Shown piece by piece: positions 58,725-64,000 of a stretch of DNA of 64,000 bases. Source of the DNA: an uncultured Acidobacteriota bacterium (GTDB lineage Bacteria; Acidobacteriota; Thermoanaerobaculia; Multivoradales; UBA5704). Every line of letters begins with the position of its first letter. Position 1 is the stretch's first letter. The stretch spans positions 2,528,001-2,592,000 of the forward strand of contig CAVYRF010000002.1 of NCBI GenBank assembly GCA_963770895.1, read 5' to 3'. The notes beneath the pieces were generated by a model. The model was given only the letters and a program-made list of their open reading frames with translations. It did not search any database and was not told the DNA's origin. The position numbers and the translations under genes were made by a program.

Positions 58725-60997
58725 CTCCTGCCGGCGGTCCGCGACCGCCCAACCGAGGTTCCCGCGGCGGCCCGCGCGGCCCACGCGACCCCAATGCCCG
58801 CGGCGGACCCGGCGATCGGGGCGGCCGGCCGGGCTCGACTCGCCCCGGCGGCCCGGGCCGGCCGGGTGCCCCCGCAGACCCGGAAAGCCGCGGCCGCTCA
58901 AGGGCCGGCGCTGGCCCCCCGGGTCCCGCGGTTCCCGGTGAGCGCAGCCGGGAGCGTGACCGCGGCGATACAGGTCCCGGACCCGGAAATCCATCCACCC
59001 GCGGTGGCGGCGCCTATGGCCGTGGCCGTGGCGCCGCCTCCGGCGGCGACCGTAGCGGTGCCGGCGGAGGCTCCGCCGAACGTCCGGCCGATCGCGCCCG
59101 CGAGCGCGGGCGGACCAGTGAAAGAGATCGGCCAAGCCGCGGCGGCCCGCGCGGTCCCGGCGGCCCACCCCCCCGCGGCGGCTCCGGCTACCAGGGCTCG
59201 TCTGGCCCCCGCGGTGGCCCTGGCACCCACGGCGGTGTTGGCACCGGCGGCCCCCGCGGTCCCGGCGGCCCACCCCCCCGCGGTGGTCCTGGCTACCAGG
59301 GCGCTCCTGGCTCCCGCGGTGGTCCGGGCGACCGTGGCGGGTCTGGCGACCGCAGTCGTCCGGGCGGCCGGACCGGGCCGGGCGGCCAAGGTCGCCCCGG
59401 TGGTCGGAGTGGACCTCGCGACCGTGATCGGCCGGGCGACCGGGACAGAGCGGAGGCGCCGCCAAGCCCGAGCGACCGGGACAGGGGGGAGGCGACGGCA
59501 AGCCCGGATCGCCGCGACAGCTCGCCTGGCCGTGGCTACGACCGCGGTCGCGCCGGCGGCGGTGCGGGCCACGGCGGCCGTGGCGGCTCCATTGGCCGCG
59601 GTCGGCCGGGTGGCGAGCGCGGCCCCGCCGGCGGCCGCTCCGCGGGCCCACCGTGGCGCAAAGGGACGCCGGCCAGCGATCGGGGGGAGGGGCGGCGGCG
59701 CGAGGGGCCTGCCGCGGGACCGCGCGGGAGGGCTCCCCATCCTGGATCGGCGGGGGGAGACCGGCGGGTGCGCCGGACGCCACCGGCGGAGCGGGTGCCG
59801 GCTCCGGCGCCGGTGATGCGGTTTGCGGCGGTGGATGAGCTGGAGGTGGTGGTCGAGAAGCTGGTGGCGGGGGGCGAGGGGCTGGCGCGGGTGGATGGCG
59901 TGCCGCTGTTCATCCCGCGTGCGGCGCCCGGCGACCGGCTGCGGGTGCGGGTGGTGGAGCGCCATACGGACTATGGGCGGGCGGCGATCGTCGAGGTTCT
60001 GCAGGGAGGGCCTGGGCGGCGCCCCGATCCGTATCCGGAGCTGGCGCGCACCGGGATCTGCGACCTGCAGCACATCGACGATGGGCTCCAGCCGCTGCTG
60101 AAGGCGGCGGCGGTGCGCGAAACCCTGGAGCGGCTGGGGCGCTTCGCGCTGCCGGCCCACATCGAGGTGTCGGCGGGGCAGCCTTGGGGCTACCGGCTGC
60201 GCACGCAGCTGCATACCGCACCCGACCCGGCGGGAGGGCCTGCCCGCGTCGGGTACCGCGCGCGCGGTACCCACGAGCTGATCGCGGTGGCGCGATGTCC
60301 TTTGCTGGTGCCGGAGCTGGAGGAGCTGCTGGGAGAGCTGCCGGTGCTGCTCGCCGGCGTGCCCGGGCGGCGGCTCGACCTGGCGGCCGGCGACGGCGGG
60401 GCGGTGACGGCGGCGCCGCTGGTGGAGGGGTTGCCGCACGGCGAAGTGTCGATGACCGTTGGCGAGTTCTCGTATGCCTACGATGCGCGATGCTTCTTCC
60501 AGGGCCACCGGCAGCTGCTGGCGCGGTTCGTGGAGCTGGCCGTGGGGACGGGGGAGGGGGAGGAGGCCTTCGACCTGTACGGCGGGGTGGGTCTGTTCAG
60601 CCTGCCGCTCGCGCGGCGCTACGGCAGGGTGGTGAGCGTCGAAGCCGACCGCGTGGCATCGCGCTATGCGCGCAACAACGCGCGGACGCACCGGTTGCCG
60701 CAGCTGCAATGCGTCGCCCAGGTGATCGAGAGCTGGATCGAGACCCTGCCCGAGCGGCCGGATCGGGTGGTGGTCGATCCGCCGCGCGGCGGGTTGTCGG
60801 CGCGCGTGCGGCAGGTGCTGGTGGCGCGGCGCGCCCGGCAGCTGACCTACGTTTCATGCGATGCGGCGACGCTGGCGCGCGACCTGCGACAGCTGGCCGC
60901 CGCCTACACCATCCAGAGCATCCATCTGATCGACCTGTTCCCGCAGACCGGCCACATGGAGACGATCGTGCAGCTGGCAGGCTTGGACCCTGCCTGA
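58721..60997 (+). CDS. TRAM-domain RNA m5U methyltransferase (RlmD/TrmA family) with ~365-aa R/G/P-rich N-terminus
   Basis: VEKLVAGGEGLAR TRAM, FFQG, DLYGGVGLF, VDPPRGG, YVSCDAATLARD, DLFPQTGHME. Confidence 0.88.
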   Translation: MTPAGGPRPPNRGSRGGPRGPRDPNARGGPGDRGGRPGSTRPGGPGRPGAPADPESRGRSRAGAGPPGPAVPGERSRERDRGDTGPGPGNPSTRGGGAYGRGRGAASGGDRSGAGGGSAERPADRARERGRTSERDRPSRGGPRGPGGPPPRGGSGYQGSSGPRGGPGTHGGVGTGGPRGPGGPPPRGGPGYQGAPGSRGGPGDRGGSGDRSRPGGRTGPGGQGRPGGRSGPRDRDRPGDRDRAEAPPSPSDRDRGEATASPDRRDSSPGRGYDRGRAGGGAGHGGRGGSIGRGRPGGERGPAGGRSAGPPWRKGTPASDRGEGRRREGPAAGPRGRAPHPGSAGGDRRVRRTPPAERVPAPAPVMRFAAVDELEVVVEKLVAGGEGLARVDGVPLFIPRAAPGDRLRVRVVERHTDYGRAAIVEVLQGGPGRRPDPYPELARTGICDLQHIDDGLQPLLKAAAVRETLERLGRFALPAHIEVSAGQPWGYRLRTQLHTAPDPAGGPARVGYRARGTHELIAVARCPLLVPELEELLGELPVLLAGVPGRRLDLAAGDGGAVTAAPLVEGLPHGEVSMTVGEFSYAYDARCFFQGHRQLLARFVELAVGTGEGEEAFDLYGGVGLFSLPLARRYGRVVSVEADRVASRYARNNARTHRLPQLQCVAQVIESWIETLPERPDRVVVDPPRGGLSARVRQVLVARRARQLTYVSCDAATLARDLRQLAAAYTIQSIHLIDLFPQTGHMETIVQLAGLDPA

Positions 60998-61064
60998 GGA
61001 GTTGTCCCGTCCGAGGCACTAGATCGGTTGCCGTTGACAGCCGTCGCGTGTCTGAACAGATACG

Positions 61065-61685
61065 ATGGGGGGCGCGGCAACGCCGATGGGCGGCATGCAG
61101 CAGCAGGGAGACGACGTGCTGGGTTTGGCAAGCCGGGACGAAGGTCGGGAATCGGAGCTGCTGGCGGCGGTGGCGGCGGGGGATCGCGGCGCGGCCGAGC
61201 GCCTGGTGGAGTACACCTACCAGGGGGTCTTCGCCCTGCTGCGCCGTCTGTGCGGCGAATCCGACCTGGCTGCCGACCTGACGCAGGAAACCTACCGCCG
61301 TGCCTGGAGCGCCTTGGACAGTTTCCACGGCAAGGCGCAGTTTTCGACCTGGCTCTGTCGCATCGCCTACAACGTGTTCCTCAACCACCTGCGCCGGCCG
61401 CGGCGGCTGGTGCCGATGGACGACCAGACGGCGGCGGCGGTGCGCGACCCCGCGCCGGGTGTCGACAGTACGTTCGACCAGGCGGCCGAGGGGCAGCGGC
61501 TGCGCCGCGCCGTCCTCCTGCTGCCCGAAGAGCAGCGCTTCACCGTCATCGCCCTGTTCTGGGGCGACCGTTCGGTGCGTGAAGTCGCGCTCGCCGAAGG
61601 GGTGAGCGGGGTGGCGATCCGCAAGCGGCTCAAGCGGGCGACCGAAGCCCTGGCCCGCGTCCTGGCGACGGAGGAGGCGCCGTGA
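61065..61685 (+). CDS. ECF RNA polymerase sigma factor
   Basis: AADLTQETY, FSTWLCRIAYN, LPEEQR, SVREVA; start could be 61065 or 61086. Confidence 0.9.
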   Translation: MGGAATPMGGMQQQGDDVLGLASRDEGRESELLAAVAAGDRGAAERLVEYTYQGVFALLRRLCGESDLAADLTQETYRRAWSALDSFHGKAQFSTWLCRIAYNVFLNHLRRPRRLVPMDDQTAAAVRDPAPGVDSTFDQAAEGQRLRRAVLLLPEEQRFTVIALFWGDRSVREVALAEGVSGVAIRKRLKRATEALARVLATEEAP

Positions 61686-63403
61686 CCCGGCGGCAGGGCT
61701 CGCGACCGCCGCGGTCGCCGGGCTGGCCGGGCTGGCCGAGCTGGCCAAACCGGCGCGATCGCCGCCTGGCGCGCCGCCTGGCCGCGGTGGCGCGTCCCGA
61801 GGATCGCGAACCGCCGGCCGGGCTGCTGCGGCGGCTGGCGGACGACATCCCCGACCGCTGGCCGGTGCCGGGCGCGACCCTGCCGCCCGAGGCAGCGCCG
61901 GATCGCCGCTCCGGCGCGCCCGGTGGCGCGGCCCGCACGCGCTGGATGGTGGCCGCTTCCCTGGCTGCCGCGATCGCCGCCGGCGCCCTGGGGCTGCGGG
62001 TGCTGGAGCAGACCTTGGGCCAACCCGAAAGCCGCGGCTTCCACGCGCCGGCGGCGGGTCCTGTGCCGGCCGTGATCGCCGCCGCCGCGGCAGGCAAGGC
62101 CGGCGGGTCGCCGCACGCAGGGTCGGTGCGCCGCGCCGCCGCGCCGCCGGCGCCGGCAGCCGCGACACCGGCAGAGGCCGATCGGAGGGATCTCGCCGGG
62201 CTGCCGCCCGCGGTGGCAAGAAAGCAAGCCGCCCCGCTGCAGCCGCCGCCGGCGGAGTTGGAAGCGAAGCACGCCGCGCTTGCGCCGGCGCCGGCCGCCA
62301 AGGCGACGTCGGTGCCGCCGCCACCGGTCGCGGCTGCGCCTCCGGCGGTCCTCGGCCGGGTTGCGCCGCCGGCTCGGGACCAGGCCGCGGGCGCGGGTGC
62401 GGGCTCGGCCGGGATCCCGACCCAGGCACAGGCCCCCAGGGCGGCGTCGCAGGCCCCGCCGCCGCTGGTGGCTCCTTTGCCGCGCGCCGCGCCCGCTGCC
62501 GCCGAAAAAGAGAACAGGATTAACGTCGGTGGCAATGAGTCGGGGGCCGCCGGCCTCTATACGCCCGCGGCGCCTGCCGGCGCTTCGGAGGTCGACACGG
62601 CCGCGCAGCTGCAGCACGTCGGTGGAAACCTGGCGGGAGCGCCGCCGCGGCAAGCCAGCGCTTTGCGGGTTGGCATGCCCGACGGCTCGCTGCGCTCCAG
62701 CTTCGGCGACGAGAGCGGCACCGCGGCGTATCGCCGGCTGCGGCGAGAGCTGCTGGACGCCGGCCGCCTGCCGCACGTCGGCACCTCGCAGCTCGAAGAG
62801 CTGGTCAACGCCTTTCAGCCGCGAGCCATGCTGGCTTCCTCGCCGGGGCTGTCCGCCGAAGGCGCGCCGCTGCCCGAGAGGGCCGGCGCCTACCTGCTGC
62901 GCTTCGCCGGCCACGGCCTGGCCGTGCCGCCGGGCCAGGGGGCGGTGGTGGTGGAATTCGAGCCGGCCCTGGTGGCGCGCGCCCGCCGCCTGGGCGCCAC
63001 GGCCGACAACGGCAGCGCCGCGGCGCTCTACGAGATCGACCTGCGCCGCGACCAGGTGAAACAGGCAGTCGGCGCCGACACGGCGGCGGACCCCGCGGTC
63101 GCCACCCTGACGGTGCGCGCCGGCGCCGCGGCGGGCGACGGCGCCGGGCAGGTGCGCGTGGTGCGCCTGTCCGACCTGCGCCCGTCCCTGGCCGTGGCAT
63201 CACCGGCGCTGCGGGTGCAGGGCCTTGCCGCGCGGTTCGGCGAAGCGCTCGCCGCGCCGGCCGGCGTGTCGCCGGAGCGCCTGCAACAGCTGCGGGCCGA
63301 AGCGCAGGCGCTGGCCGCGGAGCTGACCGCCGACCCCCGCGCCGGCGAGCTGCGCGACCTGATCGCCCGCGCCGCCGAGATCGCCGCCCCGCCGCGGCCT
63401 TGA
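61682..63403 (+). CDS. Membrane-anchored anti-sigma-like protein with YfbK-type flanking domains
   Basis: EPPAGLL N-terminus, TM WMVAASLAAAIAAGALG, Ala/Pro linker, AYRRLRR..L..GRLP....EELVNAF, ALYEI. Confidence 0.6.
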   Translation: MTRRQGSRPPRSPGWPGWPSWPNRRDRRLARRLAAVARPEDREPPAGLLRRLADDIPDRWPVPGATLPPEAAPDRRSGAPGGAARTRWMVAASLAAAIAAGALGLRVLEQTLGQPESRGFHAPAAGPVPAVIAAAAAGKAGGSPHAGSVRRAAAPPAPAAATPAEADRRDLAGLPPAVARKQAAPLQPPPAELEAKHAALAPAPAAKATSVPPPPVAAAPPAVLGRVAPPARDQAAGAGAGSAGIPTQAQAPRAASQAPPPLVAPLPRAAPAAAEKENRINVGGNESGAAGLYTPAAPAGASEVDTAAQLQHVGGNLAGAPPRQASALRVGMPDGSLRSSFGDESGTAAYRRLRRELLDAGRLPHVGTSQLEELVNAFQPRAMLASSPGLSAEGAPLPERAGAYLLRFAGHGLAVPPGQGAVVVEFEPALVARARRLGATADNGSAAALYEIDLRRDQVKQAVGADTAADPAVATLTVRAGAAAGDGAGQVRVVRLSDLRPSLAVASPALRVQGLAARFGEALAAPAGVSPERLQQLRAEAQALAAELTADPRAGELRDLIARAAEIAAPPRP

Positions 63404-63476
63404 TCCCGTTCGGTCGCACCCGCGCCGGGCGCCCGGTCCCGGCCGCCGGCAGGGAGCGGTGAGTGGTGCCTGCCGG

Positions 63477-64000
63477 TCAAGGCTGGTGGGGTGGTGCGGG
63501 TGGTGCGGTGCCGCCGGCGGTCGGGTCCGGTGGCGGTGGCGATGCCGAATGGTCGGCTTCGACCTGGCGCAGGCGCTCTTCGAGGATGTCGTTGGCGCGC
63601 TGCAGCTGGCGCAGGCGCTCCTCCAGGCTCTGGGCGGTGGCGCTGTCGGCGGCGGTTTCCTGCCGCAGCGCGCGCAGGGCGTCCTCGCGGGGATGGCGCT
63701 GCTCGTCCTGGATCTGCGCCTTCAGGCTGCGCTCCAGGGCGGGGATGGCCGCGGGGTCGCCCAGCTCGCCTAGGGCCTGCGGCACCTGCTCACGGATATA
63801 GAAGTCGGGGTCTTCCAGGTAGCCCTCAAGGATCTGCCGCGCCTGGCTGCGCTTTTCGGGGGTGGCGTGCGCGGCATAGCGCGCCAGGGCCAGCATCGCT
63901 TCGCCGCGGCCCAGGCGGGGGCTGCCGTAGCGGGCCAGCTTTTCGGCCTGGACCATGGTCTGGGGAGCGTCCAGGTCGGCGAGCGCCAACAGGGCGGCGC
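63477..64000 (-). CDS. C-terminal part of a HEAT-repeat protein with a terminal coiled coil (possibly M1 aminopeptidase type); 5'-partial
   Basis: LEDPDFYIREQVPQALGELGDPAAIPALE HEAT-like repeat, then LEERLRQL coiled coil. Confidence 0.6.
   Translation of the reverse strand, partial: AALLALADLDAPQTMVQAEKLARYGSPRLGRGEAMLALARYAAHATPEKRSQARQILEGYLEDPDFYIREQVPQALGELGDPAAIPALERSLKAQIQDEQRHPREDALRALRQETAADSATAQSLEERLRQLQRANDILEERLRQVEADHSASPPPPDPTAGGTAPPAPPHQP

Overview
High-GC bacterial chromosome segment. The gene content (acidobacterial VWA protein, MglA, Gld-like ABC system, HrcA/CIRCE, LPS heptose genes) suggests Acidobacteriota, possibly Thermoanaerobaculia; this is an inference. Most of the window is core genome: thiL-lon-hsp20-nrdR-mglA, a CIRCE-controlled hrcA-grpE-dnaK-dnaJ-prmA-rsmE-ilvE-pilT-recX-alaS run, pilB, heptose genes, a GldAFG-like ABC transporter, two APC permeases, B12-dependent mcm and nrdJ with NrdR boxes, and an ECF sigma/anti-sigma pair. 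The most striking items are: (1) an RHS/YD polymorphic-toxin system whose shell is split across two translationally coupled genes, each with a signal peptide. Chain A is C39 peptidase plus YD repeats. Chain B is Ig stalk, YD repeats with three inserted beta-domains, RHS core and a low-GC HWD toxin, followed by immunity-like genes. (2) A stand-alone nuoBCD-like module that keeps the N2 cysteines but has lost the quinone-binding His and Tyr. (3) An orphan 55-aa lanthipeptide-like precursor with its own promoter, divergent from a TlpA thiol-oxidoreductase. (4) A FIST plus PAS-GGDEF-EAL pair. (5) An archaeal-type GAPDH-like gene. Two single-base lesions (amber in nrdJ, +1 in the EAL domain) may be sequencing errors. 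No rRNA, tRNA, CRISPR array or transposase was recognised.
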